Below, piece after piece: positions 51,926 to 60,862 of a DNA stretch of 64,000 nt. The position numbers were made by a program, and so were the translations under genes. This DNA is from Patescibacteria group bacterium UBA1406 (GTDB taxonomy: Bacteria > Patescibacteriota > Microgenomatia > UBA1406). Positions within the stretch are counted from its first letter, which is position 1, and each line of letters opens with the position of its first letter. The notes under the pieces are model-generated. The model made no database searches. It was given only the letters and a program-made list of their open reading frames with translations, and was not told the origin of the DNA. The stretch is taken from NCBI GenBank assembly GCA_002305675.1, contig DBQA01000001.1, positions 189 to 64,188 of the forward strand. The letters are read 5' to 3'.

Positions 51926-52834
51926 TCACTTGTAACTCTGCACTATCATTTTATCAAGATACAGACGAATAAAGGAGTCCTCTGTCCCCGCTCCCTTTAT
52001 CGCGCAGCCGTAATAGTCCGAAAGAAGCCGGACCGCCGGCTCATTAGCCTTACTATTATCTATCTGGCACTTCGGGGGCAATTTGTCCCTAAGCTCTATC
52101 TCGAAGACCTTAAGACCGGCGCCCTCGATACGCCTGCTGATCCGCTTGGCGGCGCCATAGCCCTCGGCGGACGTATAGATAACCACCTTCCCGGGCACGT
52201 TTGTCAGGCTTTGCTGATAGAAAAAACCCTTCAGCCGGGTATCCAGCTTATCGGCAAAATAGTTCTTTTTCCTGCTTTTGAGGTGATATACTTCGGTAGC
52301 ATCCGTCATGATCAGGCGGTCGTTCCTCAAGTTAAACTTTCCTTTCAGAATGGTCCGGTCAAATATGTTCCGGGTGGAAAGGGCGTTGTCGCCGCTCGAA
52401 AGATCCGAGGAGCGGTAGGTAAAAAAATAGTCCATAAAGGGCTGTCCGCTGGCCTTTTCTACCACCTCCCCTGCCTTGGGATAGATGACGATATCGACGG
52501 GAATACCCGCGAGCTCCTCAAAGGTCCGGGTCAGGATCTCGGTCCGCCGGTTCTCGATCTTCCCCAATAGATTGACGCTGCCAAGGCGGTAGAGGCCGTA
52601 TCCCCCGGGCACATCCACATAGATATCGGGGTCGAAATAGACGATGTGGGCCAGGTTCGTAAGCCTGTTGTAGGAATAGACAAACGGGGTTTCAGCGAAG
52701 ACCCCGATACTGATCCGCTCCCGCCTGTTCAGAAAAAGCGAGCCGGCATATTCGCGCCACAGGAACAGAAAGATCAGTCCGGCGAGGATAATGCCGATAA
52801 TACGGTAATTCGTGTTCGGCTTATTTCTTGGCAC
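51926..52834 (-). CDS. Membrane-anchored protein, weakly LytR/CpsA/Psr (LCP)-like
   Basis: 302 aa with an N-terminal TM anchor. The pattern ...IVYFDPDIYVDVPGGYGLYRLG...FEELAGIPVDIVIY loosely resembles the LCP core. The functional call is weak. Confidence 0.6.
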   Translation of the reverse strand: MPRNKPNTNYRIIGIILAGLIFLFLWREYAGSLFLNRRERISIGVFAETPFVYSYNRLTNLAHIVYFDPDIYVDVPGGYGLYRLGSVNLLGKIENRRTEILTRTFEELAGIPVDIVIYPKAGEVVEKASGQPFMDYFFTYRSSDLSSGDNALSTRNIFDRTILKGKFNLRNDRLIMTDATEVYHLKSRKKNYFADKLDTRLKGFFYQQSLTNVPGKVVIYTSAEGYGAAKRISRRIEGAGLKVFEIELRDKLPPKCQIDNSKANEPAVRLLSDYYGCAIKGAGTEDSFIRLYLDKMIVQSYK

Positions 52835-53177
52835 AATCGATGCAGAGGGTTGCTAAGGGATTGGATGACAGTCTGTCTGTGTCGATCATCTTGCCGCATT
52901 CCTTGCAGACTCCGTAATTGCCCTTATCGATCCTCTCCAAAACCTCATCTATCTCCGCCAGCCTTTTTTTGAGCTGATTGCGGTTGGCCTCATAGTGCTG
53001 GTGGGCCATTTCCTCCCGGACATCGATCCCGATGTCGGCATTGTCATTGGCATGGTCCGGGTCCAGGAAGGGGTCGGATTCGTCAATCTGTGCCAGCCTT
53101 TTTACCAGGCGCTCCTTCTCCTTCTTGAAATAGTCCTCTATCCCCACCAATATTTTCTTCGGATAGTTAGGTGTCAT
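52821..53177 (-). CDS. DksA/TraR-family C4 zinc-finger protein
   Basis: C-terminal CKECGKMIDTDRL...CIDCAKK four-Cys motif after a coiled-coil region. Confidence 0.75.
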   Translation of the reverse strand: MTPNYPKKILVGIEDYFKKEKERLVKRLAQIDESDPFLDPDHANDNADIGIDVREEMAHQHYEANRNQLKKRLAEIDEVLERIDKGNYGVCKECGKMIDTDRLSSNPLATLCIDCAKK

Positions 53178-53875
53178 GATCTTTTCTTAAAGACAACTTT
53201 TATTGAAAAACTCACCAGCGCGGCGACCATCACCAGGAGATGCAACAGTTGTTCCTGTGACAGTATATTTTGACTATCAAAGTATACCCTGTCCCCACTC
53301 CAAAAGTCAATAATAAAGGCAGGCAGTGCCAAAGCTCCGAACAGGAAATTTCTGAGGGCAGTTTCGGACACTTTGCCTTGCTTGGTCTGCCGGCGCAAAA
53401 GATAGTAGGCGCCCAATAACACCAATAGGGCCAGCGTCTCATAAACATGCGCCAGGGAGAACGTCCTGACGAACGAAAAAAAACCGATGAGGGTTCTGGC
53501 CAGAAGAAGCGGCACGGCCAGAAGCCGCACCATCTGGTCAAACGACAGCTTCTGTTTCATGGAGGCAAGACCCCAGGTCAGGAAGAATCCCAGCCAGAAG
53601 GCGATCTCCTGCACGCCCGGATAGGTGAAGAGCAGAAAGCCCCTCAAGAGGCTCGGGGCAAACACCTCGTAATGGAAAAGTATATAGCCTATCCGGCCCA
53701 GCACCAGCCCGGACACGGCCGAGGCAAATAGGATGTCTATCAGCTTCTCCTCGCTGAGAGCGGTCTTACGGATATTTCTCCAGAACAGGAACAAGGCTAG
53801 CGCCAGGGACAGGAATATCCCGATACCGGACAGGTAGACATTCAGTCCGGACAGGACTAAAAGAAAGTTTGGCAT
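53174..53875 (-). CDS. Membrane protein, prolipoprotein diacylglyceryl transferase (Lgt)-like
   Basis: The ORF-track N-terminus (to 53986) is antisense to tRNA-Leu, so I trimmed to MPNFLLVLSG (53875). SGLVLGRIGYILFHYE resembles the Lgt GARxGxxxF region. The family call is tentative. Confidence 0.55.
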   Translation of the reverse strand: MPNFLLVLSGLNVYLSGIGIFLSLALALFLFWRNIRKTALSEEKLIDILFASAVSGLVLGRIGYILFHYEVFAPSLLRGFLLFTYPGVQEIAFWLGFFLTWGLASMKQKLSFDQMVRLLAVPLLLARTLIGFFSFVRTFSLAHVYETLALLVLLGAYYLLRRQTKQGKVSETALRNFLFGALALPAFIIDFWSGDRVYFDSQNILSQEQLLHLLVMVAALVSFSIKVVFKKRS

Positions 53876-53901
53876 AGGTATATTATATAATATATATGAC
53901 A

Positions 53902-53985
53902 GCCAGGGTGGTGGAATGGCAGACACGCAGGATTTAGGATCCTGTGTCCCAAAAGGACGTAAGGGTTCAAGTCCCTTCCCTGGCA
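53902..53985 (+). tRNA. tRNA-Leu (anticodon TAG)
   Basis: Hand-folded. Acceptor GCCAGGG/CCCTGGC. Anticodon stem CAGGA/TCCTG with loop TTTAGGA. Long variable arm. T-arm AGGGTTCAAGTCCCT. No encoded CCA. Confidence 0.9.
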
Positions 53986-54002
53986 CCGGACCCCGCTAGA
54001 GT

Positions 54003-55343
54003 TTAGAGTTCTTCCCTTTGCTCCACCTCAAAGAAGCTGAGTTCGTTGGCCTTGAACAGGTATTCGATCTCACCGGTGGGACCGCTCCGGTGCTTGGCCA
54101 CGGCCAGCTTGATGATCCGCTTGCTCTCGGGCAGAAGCTCTGAATCGTCATCGGAACGGTACAGGAACATGACGATGTCCGCGTCCTGCTCGATGGCACC
54201 GGAGTCCCTAAGATCAGCGAGCTGCGGCTTTTTCTCGCCTCTCTGCTCCACCGCCCTCGAGAGCTGGGACAGGGCGATCACCGGCACCTGGAGTTCACGG
54301 GCAATGTTCTTGAGTCCCTGCGAGATATAGGAGACCTCCTGCACCCGCGAGTCTGTCCGGCGGCCGGGGTCGGCCAGCTGAATATAGTCCATGATGACAA
54401 GGTCAAGCTTCCGTTCTATCTGGAGTTTTCTGGCCTTCGTGCGCATCTCGGTGATGCTGAGGGCCGGGGTATCGTCTATATAAAGGCTGGCGTCGGCCAA
54501 ACGTCCGTACGCCTGGGTCAGCCGGGTCATCTCTTCATCCGTCAGCCGACCGGTCTTGAGCTTCCAGGAGTCTATGCCCGCCTCCATCACCAGCAGCCTG
54601 TCCACAAGCTCCTCCTTGCTCATCTCCAAGGAGAAGAAACCGACCGTTTTCTTTTCCTCTAGGCAAAGGTAGTTGGCAATGTTCAGGGCGAAGGTCGTCT
54701 TACCTATTCCCGGCCGGGCGGCGATCACGATCAGGTTCGAGGGATTGAGACCGGCCAGCTTGTTGTCCAGTTTCTTGAAGCCGGTCGGGACACCTCTCAT
54801 ACCCACACCGGACTTCATTATCTCCTCTAGCTGCTCGTAGCTCGTGGTCAGGATGTCCTTGACCTGGATGAAGTTCCGTTTGATATTCTGCTGGGACAGC
54901 GCGAAAACCTCCCTTTCCACCGTATTCAGAAGCTCTTCGATGTTGCCTTCCTCCAAAAGGGCCTTCCGGACGAGGTCTGAACCAAGGCTGATAAGCGCCC
55001 GTTTGATGGCCGACTCCCGCACCAGTCGCGAATAATGCTCGATGTTCGCGCTCGTCGGAACTATCTGCAATAGTTCGGCGATGTACGCCTTGCCGCCGCA
55101 CTCCTTGTAGTGCTTCTGCTTTTTCAGTTCGTCCGACAGCGTCAGGATATCGATCGGTCTGTTCTCCTGGAACAGCATCAGCATGGCTTCATAAATGTAG
55201 TTGTTCTCCCGGGAATAGAAATGGACGGGCTTGAGGGTTTCCGAGACCAGGGAGATGGCCGTCGGGTCAATCAATATAGCCCCGAGCACGGACTGCTCTG
55301 CATCCTGGTCGTGCGGTGGTAGCTGGTTATCGGGATTCTGCAT
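54003..55343 (-). CDS. dnaB: Replicative DNA helicase
   Basis: PPHDQDAEQSVLGAIL N-terminus, Walker A ARPGIGKTTF, and the IMDYIQL and SQLSR motifs. Confidence 0.95.
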   Translation of the reverse strand: MQNPDNQLPPHDQDAEQSVLGAILIDPTAISLVSETLKPVHFYSRENNYIYEAMLMLFQENRPIDILTLSDELKKQKHYKECGGKAYIAELLQIVPTSANIEHYSRLVRESAIKRALISLGSDLVRKALLEEGNIEELLNTVEREVFALSQQNIKRNFIQVKDILTTSYEQLEEIMKSGVGMRGVPTGFKKLDNKLAGLNPSNLIVIAARPGIGKTTFALNIANYLCLEEKKTVGFFSLEMSKEELVDRLLVMEAGIDSWKLKTGRLTDEEMTRLTQAYGRLADASLYIDDTPALSITEMRTKARKLQIERKLDLVIMDYIQLADPGRRTDSRVQEVSYISQGLKNIARELQVPVIALSQLSRAVEQRGEKKPQLADLRDSGAIEQDADIVMFLYRSDDDSELLPESKRIIKLAVAKHRSGPTGEIEYLFKANELSFFEVEQREEL

Positions 55344-55356
55344 ATTAGGTACCTTT

Positions 55357-56007
55357 TTACGATGTTATCTCCAAGACCGCAGTCTCGTTCTCCGGCATGC
55401 TCTCCGCCTTGACGTCGAGGCGCCTGACAGGCTCGAGGCCCTCTTTGCCGGCGAGCTTCAGGTATTCGCTCACCGGGGCCAACTGGCCGAACGTCTCCTG
55501 GTTCATGGCCGGGACTAGGTAGTGCATGGGGATGGTCAGCTTGGGGCTGAGCTTGTCCCCGAGTTCCTTGGCCGTCTTGGCATCGATGGTATATATGCCT
55601 CCGACCGGCACCATCAGGATGTCCACGTCGTCGAGCTGGGCCAGGATCTCATTGGCGGGCATGTGGCCGAGGTCGCCGCAGTGGACAACGGTTATTCCTT
55701 CGGCGATGATCTTGAAGATGATGTTCTCCCCCCTCTCGCCCCCGCCCTGATCGTCATGAAAGACCTGATAGCCATAGAACCTCACTCCCCGGCTTTCATA
55801 CTCGCCGGGAAAGTCAAAAACAACACGCTTTCCCTCCACCAGCTCCGTCTGATTATGATCCCGGTGTTGGTGGGAAACGGTGATAATGTCCGCCTCCACT
55901 TTGGGAAACTTCAGGCCCGTCATTTTCGGGTCGAACGGGTCGGTGAGGATGGAGGCTTCCTTTGTCTTGATAAGGAAACTGGAGTGTCCCAGGTATTGGA
56001 TTCTCAT
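55357..56007 (-). CDS. Metallo-beta-lactamase-fold hydrolase (UPF0173-like)
   Basis: The MRIQYLGHSSFLIKT...ILTDPF and VSHQHRDH pattern is typical of the UPF0173 family. Confidence 0.75.
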   Translation of the reverse strand: MRIQYLGHSSFLIKTKEASILTDPFDPKMTGLKFPKVEADIITVSHQHRDHNQTELVEGKRVVFDFPGEYESRGVRFYGYQVFHDDQGGGERGENIIFKIIAEGITVVHCGDLGHMPANEILAQLDDVDILMVPVGGIYTIDAKTAKELGDKLSPKLTIPMHYLVPAMNQETFGQLAPVSEYLKLAGKEGLEPVRRLDVKAESMPENETAVLEITS

Positions 56008-56043
56008 AAGTGCTTAACAGTTTACACTCTTGCGCTGAAAAAT

Positions 56044-56742
56044 TCAAGCCGCCCAGGCAGCGAATTCTTCAAAGGAGCCGGCCACGAAGTCGGCATACGG
56101 CAAAACCGGCTCCCGGCGGACATTCTCGGTAAAGGCGGCAAAAAAATGGGCCACGCCCGCCTTTTTAATCTCGTAGTCCGAATAGCCGTCCCCGAGGACA
56201 TACACCTGTCCGGGCAGGTTAAGCCGTCTGACCACCTCTGCCTTGCCGCCGCTCCTGGACAGGGGGTTGTCCCTATCGTAGCCTGTCACCACCCCCTTTT
56301 CATCATAAATAAAAGTGTTTGCAAACACATGGCCGGCGGGTATCCCGAAGTCCGCCACCACCGGGACCACGAACTCCCGGAATCCGCCCGTAACGATATA
56401 AATGCGGTCGCTCAGCTGTCTGATGAGTTCCCTGTTCCTCTGGAACGAAGGTGAAACGCTTTCCCTGAACTCCTTGATTATGGCCTCGATATGCCGCTTC
56501 TCAAGCCTGAGCATCTTCAGGCGGCGGGAGAGGCTGACATCGAAGGTTATCCTTCCTTCCATCCCGAGCCGGGTGATCTCGGTCACCTCGGTGATGAGCG
56601 CCTCGTCCCTGGTCGGATCGAAGACCATTCTGGCCATTTCCTCCAGTGCCTCCAGCCGGATGAAGGTGCTGTCAAAATCGATGATGAAGGATTTTTTGCT
56701 CATGAATTTTCCCATCTTAGGAAAAGGCGGATTGTCTGTCAA
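56044..56742 (-). CDS. HAD-IB hydrolase, phosphoserine-phosphatase-like
   Basis: IIDFDSTFI (DxD), TGGF and GDGYSD motifs. The true start may be M14 (56703). Confidence 0.7.
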   Translation of the reverse strand: MTDNPPFPKMGKFMSKKSFIIDFDSTFIRLEALEEMARMVFDPTRDEALITEVTEITRLGMEGRITFDVSLSRRLKMLRLEKRHIEAIIKEFRESVSPSFQRNRELIRQLSDRIYIVTGGFREFVVPVVADFGIPAGHVFANTFIYDEKGVVTGYDRDNPLSRSGGKAEVVRRLNLPGQVYVLGDGYSDYEIKKAGVAHFFAAFTENVRREPVLPYADFVAGSFEEFAAWAA

Positions 56743-56749
56743 ACTGTGC

Positions 56750-57817
56750 TTAATTACGGGCTTTGGAACACCCCGGTGTTTTTTGCAATTTCTCGGTCAG
56801 CCGGGTGAACGTCCGCAGATTATGGATGCTGGACAGGCGCCAGGCCAGGGAATCCCCTATCTTGAACAGGTGATGGAGATAAGCCCGGGAGTATCTCTGG
56901 CAGGTATAACAATCACAGACATCACTGATCGGCTTAGAGTCCGTGCTGTACCTGTCACGGTTGATATAGATAAAGCTACTGCTTAAGTCGTCGTCCAGCA
57001 CATACAGCCGGTGGTGCCGGGCATCCCTGGTCGGCAGAACGCAGTCGAACAGATGATAACCGTATTTATGGCCTTCGATGATATCCTGGGGCTTCCCCAC
57101 GCCCAGGGCGAAGCGCAGCTTGCTGTCGGGCGTCAGGGAAGCGTTGAAACGGAAAAGGTCCCGGTTGAACCTCCCTTCGGCATCCACCGGCCAGCCGCCG
57201 TATCCGTAGCCGTCAAAGCCAATCTTCAGAAGCTCGTTGGCGCATTGCTCACGCAATCGTTTATCTTCCCCACCCTGGATAACGCCGAACAATAGCGGTC
57301 TGTTGCTTTCTTTCATCTTCCTTTTCTCGATCTGCCGCCAAAACTCCTCCTGGCTCCGTTTAGCCCACTCCACGGTCAGTCGCACGCTCTCCTTAATTCC
57401 GTCCTTTTTGGCTTTGGGGTTCGTGAAATAATCCAGGCAGACCATGATGTCCGCGCCCAGGGCGAACTGGGTTTCTATTGACCTCTCCGGTGTCAGTCGG
57501 GCGGTTTCCCTTTTCCCTTTAATGGTCCAGTCGAACTCCACCCCGTCCTCCGTTATGCGGCCGCGGGTTCTGCCTTGGTGGATCAGGGACATTATCTGGA
57601 AGCCCCCCGAGTCCGAAGCGACCAGCCCGGAAAAATTCATCAGGGCCTTGACCCCGCCTACTTCCTCCAATACGTCCAGGCCGGGCTCCAGCATCAGATG
57701 ATAGGTGTTGACGACTACGCCCTTGATCTTGGCGGCGGAAAGGTCCGGCGCATCCACGCCCTTGACCACGGCCCGTGTGCCGTCGGGCAGAAAAATAGGA
57801 TATTTTGCTTTTATCAT
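56750..57817 (-). CDS. tgt: Queuine tRNA-ribosyltransferase (tRNA-guanine transglycosylase)
   Basis: VASDSGGFQ, GVIQGG and the zinc motif CDCYTCQRYSRAYLHHL. Confidence 0.9.
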   Translation of the reverse strand: MIKAKYPIFLPDGTRAVVKGVDAPDLSAAKIKGVVVNTYHLMLEPGLDVLEEVGGVKALMNFSGLVASDSGGFQIMSLIHQGRTRGRITEDGVEFDWTIKGKRETARLTPERSIETQFALGADIMVCLDYFTNPKAKKDGIKESVRLTVEWAKRSQEEFWRQIEKRKMKESNRPLLFGVIQGGEDKRLREQCANELLKIGFDGYGYGGWPVDAEGRFNRDLFRFNASLTPDSKLRFALGVGKPQDIIEGHKYGYHLFDCVLPTRDARHHRLYVLDDDLSSSFIYINRDRYSTDSKPISDVCDCYTCQRYSRAYLHHLFKIGDSLAWRLSSIHNLRTFTRLTEKLQKTPGCSKARN

Positions 57818-57832
57818 GCGCTAATTCTACCA

Positions 57833-57841
57833 TGGTATAAT
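57833..57841 (+). promoter_or_regulatory. Extended -10 box TGgTATAAT upstream of the peptidase / ATP-grasp operon
   Basis: caTGgTATAATatc, 23 nt before GTG 57865, in the divergent gap with tgt. Confidence 0.45.
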
Positions 57842-57864
57842 ATCTTAAGCTCAATGTAAAGCCG

Positions 57865-58392
57865 GTGCGGCAGAAGAAAAGTTACTGGTGTGGCCCCACT
57901 TCCCTGAAGATGGTGCTGGATTATCTGGGCATCAGAAAGAACTCCAAGGAAATCGCACTGGCCACCCAGTGCTCGGCGGATGCCGGCGTGGAAGCCGACA
58001 GCATGGTCAAATATGCCGAGTCCCTTGGCCTAAGGGCTTTCTTTAAGGACAACTCCACCATCGAGGAACTGCGCCACTACGTTCATGAGAAGAATATCCC
58101 GGTCATTGTGGACTGGTTCGACAGCGACGACAGCCATTACTCGGTGGTGGTGGGTGTGAACGGCAAATACATCTACGTCATCGACCCATATGTCGGTTAC
58201 CTGAAGAGCATCAAGATAAACCGTTTCCTGCGGATCTGGTTCGATTTCCCCGGCAGCATGATCAGGTCAACCGCCGACATCTATCTGCGGCGGATGGTGG
58301 TGGTATTGCCCAAAAATGGAGTTGACAAATCAGCGGAATTTAATATAAATAGTAAATCTGAAATCATCGATCATACCCATGAGCAAGGCTGA
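57865..58392 (+). CDS. Papain-like cysteine peptidase, C39-like domain (Peptidase_C39_2-type)
   Basis: 175 aa from a GTG start. The Q-x5-C motif RQKKSYWCGPTSLKMVLDYLG gives the oxyanion Gln and the Cys nucleophile. DDSHYSVVVG gives the His. IDPY gives the Asp. Confidence 0.7.
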   Translation: MRQKKSYWCGPTSLKMVLDYLGIRKNSKEIALATQCSADAGVEADSMVKYAESLGLRAFFKDNSTIEELRHYVHEKNIPVIVDWFDSDDSHYSVVVGVNGKYIYVIDPYVGYLKSIKINRFLRIWFDFPGSMIRSTADIYLRRMVVVLPKNGVDKSAEFNINSKSEIIDHTHEQG

Positions 58393-59428
58393 AGAAAAAC
58401 CTGGCGGTGAAAGAGCGCCAAACGGCCAAAACGGCAGCTATATCCTTCCCAAAAAGGTCGGTATCATCTTCAGCGATGTCAAACGGGAGTACTTCCCCAC
58501 CGAAGCGCAGTTCATCACGGAAAAGACGGCGCTCAGGGATGCCACGGTTATAGCAGGCTATATCAACAAGCTGAACATCGAGACCATCCTTTATCCCGGC
58601 ACGCCCGAAGTGGCGGAAAAACTCCGCCATGACAAGCCGGATATGGTCCTGAACCTGGTGGGGTCGGTCCGTGGCAACGAATACCTGGCCTCCACCATCC
58701 CCGCCATGCTCGAGTTTTTGGATATTCCATATACCGGGGCCGGCATTCTCGGCGAGTCGCTCTCATACAATAAATTCCTCGTTAAAAAGCTCCTGCAGCA
58801 GCACGGCATTCCGTTACCGAACTACCAGTTGTTCAACACCCCCTCCGATCCCCTCGACCCCATTCTGAGGTTCCCTCTCATCTCCAAGCTCAACGAGATC
58901 CACGGCTCGGTGGAGATCACCCGCAAATACGCGGTCTCGGAGAACGAGAAAGACCTGCGCTCCCGCCTCAAATTCCTGATGCAGACGTATGAGCAGCCCG
59001 TCGTGGTAGAGGAGTTCATCGTCGGCCGGGAGATCTCGGCCTTCCTGCTGTGGGGGGTAAAGCGCAAGGTCTATATGAGTGAGAACATTTTCGAGAAGCC
59101 CCAGGGAAAATACGTGTTCGCCGATTTTGAGACCCAGTGGCTGGAAAAGGAGTCCCATATCACCAACCAGAAATATGAGGACCCCGTGCTCAGGGAGCTT
59201 GTCAAAAAAGCCTTTGAGGTTACCCGCATGGCCGATTACGGCAAATTCGACATCCGTATAGACGGCGCCGGCCGCTACTACTTTATCGATTCTAACAGCA
59301 ATCCGTTCTTCGGCCCAAAGGAGATCGACTGCCCCATGGCCAGCGTCCTCGAGATGTACGGAGTGACCTTCACGGAGATACTGAAACGCCTGTTGTCAAA
59401 TACCATGCGCGACGCAACGCGCGATTGA
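58379..59428 (+). CDS. ATP-grasp ligase, D-alanine--D-alanine-ligase-family-like
   Basis: 349 aa. The layout (central LDIPYTGAGILGESLSYNKFLVKKLL, then ...EEFIVGREIS..., then C-terminal DIRIDGAGRYYFIDSNSNP) matches the Ddl-type ATP-grasp fold. Overlaps the peptidase stop by 14 nt. Confidence 0.75.
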   Translation: MSKAEEKPGGERAPNGQNGSYILPKKVGIIFSDVKREYFPTEAQFITEKTALRDATVIAGYINKLNIETILYPGTPEVAEKLRHDKPDMVLNLVGSVRGNEYLASTIPAMLEFLDIPYTGAGILGESLSYNKFLVKKLLQQHGIPLPNYQLFNTPSDPLDPILRFPLISKLNEIHGSVEITRKYAVSENEKDLRSRLKFLMQTYEQPVVVEEFIVGREISAFLLWGVKRKVYMSENIFEKPQGKYVFADFETQWLEKESHITNQKYEDPVLRELVKKAFEVTRMADYGKFDIRIDGAGRYYFIDSNSNPFFGPKEIDCPMASVLEMYGVTFTEILKRLLSNTMRDATRD

Positions 59429-59440
59429 CATAAAATATAT

Positions 59441-60862
59441 ATGGCATCTACCGTCCAAAACAACCAAAAACCAAGTAACGGCGCCACGAACGGCGACCGC
59501 CGGAGCGAATTTTTCGTATACCTTTACAACATCGTGGAGGACGAATGGAACTTCATCAACGCCCTCTCCACCGAGGAAAAACGCCAGCATGAGCTGGTTA
59601 ACTCCGTCAATACCGCCGACGCCTTCTTCCTGGCATCAACATCGGAAGACACTACGGTCTATGTCTCGCCCATCCCCATCTCCAAAGCTTTCCGTGACTA
59701 TGCCCAGGCGGTCACCGGCGGCCATGTCACGGAAGTGGTGGTGCCCGAGTTCAAAAGCGGTAAGATCTGCCTGGACCTGATGGCCGACCGGAATCTGTTC
59801 AAGTCCCTCGTCGACAGGGCCAGGCACTATAAACGGCTTGTATTGACTGGCTACGCTGCCACGGAGGAGTTTTACGCCCTCAAGGAAGGGCTTATCAAGG
59901 AAGGGTTGAATGTTTATACTCCCGAGGCCCCGGATATCGACTCGGCCTGGACGGTCAACTTCTTCGGCAGCAAATCCGGCATCAGGCAGCTGGCGCAGCA
60001 GAGCACGGCCGTGGAGCCGGACCTGGTGATGCCCGAGGGGGTCATCTCGGTGGGAGTTTTCGACGCCTCAAAGATAGCCGCCAACAAATATCTAAAGGAG
60101 AGAGGGGTGGTCATCAAGACCAACAAAGGCTCGGGCGGCAGCGGGGTGCTCATTTTCCGCGACGGCGACCTGCCCGCCACCTATACCGAGTGCGAAAAGA
60201 CCATCAGCCAGATCCTCAGCCGCGAACCGTACTGGCAAAAATACCCGATCGTCATTGAAAGCCTGGTCAAGATAAACCCGGCCGTGGGTGGCGGGTTTCC
60301 CAACGTGGAGTTCAAGATCCTCAAGAACGGCCATATCGATATGCTTTACTACTGCAAGTGTATGGTCACGCCCCAGGGGGCTTTCTACGGTGTGGATATC
60401 AACGAGGACGTCATCAGCGAACGATATGCCGCCCGGATTGTGGACACCGGCTTTTACGTCGCCGAGAAGTACGCTTCTGCCGGCTACCGCGGCCACTTCG
60501 ATGTGGACATGATCGCCGCCAAGAACAACATCTTTGTCTGCGAGTCGAATACCAGGAACACCGGCGGCACGGACATCTTCAAGCTCGCGCTGCGCCTGAT
60601 AGGTAAGGACTTCATGGAGGACGCCTATATCATCAGCCGCAGCCACCTGCCCCTGCACAGCCAGACGCCGCCGTTACTCGCGGATGTTCTCGAGGCGCTT
60701 TCCCCGCTTCTTTTCTCGCACCGTAAAAAGGAGGGGGTGGTCGTCAACTCGGAGAACAAGCTTAAGGAAAAGGAGTTGATCTATTCCATTTTCGCCGCCG
60801 ACAAAAAAAGGGCCTATAAACTCGAAGACCAGATGAAGCAGTTACTGAATAAACTGACTTGA
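59441..60862 (+). CDS. ATP-grasp peptide-ligase-like protein with an N-terminal pre-ATP-grasp domain (PGM1-like)
   Basis: 473 aa. GVVIKTNKGSGGSGVLIF glycine-rich loop, then ...GHFDVDMI...VCESNTRNTGGT Mg/ATP site-like region. The large N-terminal accessory domain is as in PGM1-type ligases (recalled). Confidence 0.65.
   Translation: MASTVQNNQKPSNGATNGDRRSEFFVYLYNIVEDEWNFINALSTEEKRQHELVNSVNTADAFFLASTSEDTTVYVSPIPISKAFRDYAQAVTGGHVTEVVVPEFKSGKICLDLMADRNLFKSLVDRARHYKRLVLTGYAATEEFYALKEGLIKEGLNVYTPEAPDIDSAWTVNFFGSKSGIRQLAQQSTAVEPDLVMPEGVISVGVFDASKIAANKYLKERGVVIKTNKGSGGSGVLIFRDGDLPATYTECEKTISQILSREPYWQKYPIVIESLVKINPAVGGGFPNVEFKILKNGHIDMLYYCKCMVTPQGAFYGVDINEDVISERYAARIVDTGFYVAEKYASAGYRGHFDVDMIAAKNNIFVCESNTRNTGGTDIFKLALRLIGKDFMEDAYIISRSHLPLHSQTPPLLADVLEALSPLLFSHRKKEGVVVNSENKLKEKELIYSIFAADKKRAYKLEDQMKQLLNKLT

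Noticed and set aside
53876-53986. N-terminal 37 residues of ORF 53174..53986 (MPGKGLEPLRPFGTQDPKSCVSAIPPPW...)
   Set aside because: This part is the antisense translation of tRNA-Leu (53902-53985). I trimmed the gene start to MPNFLLV at 53875.
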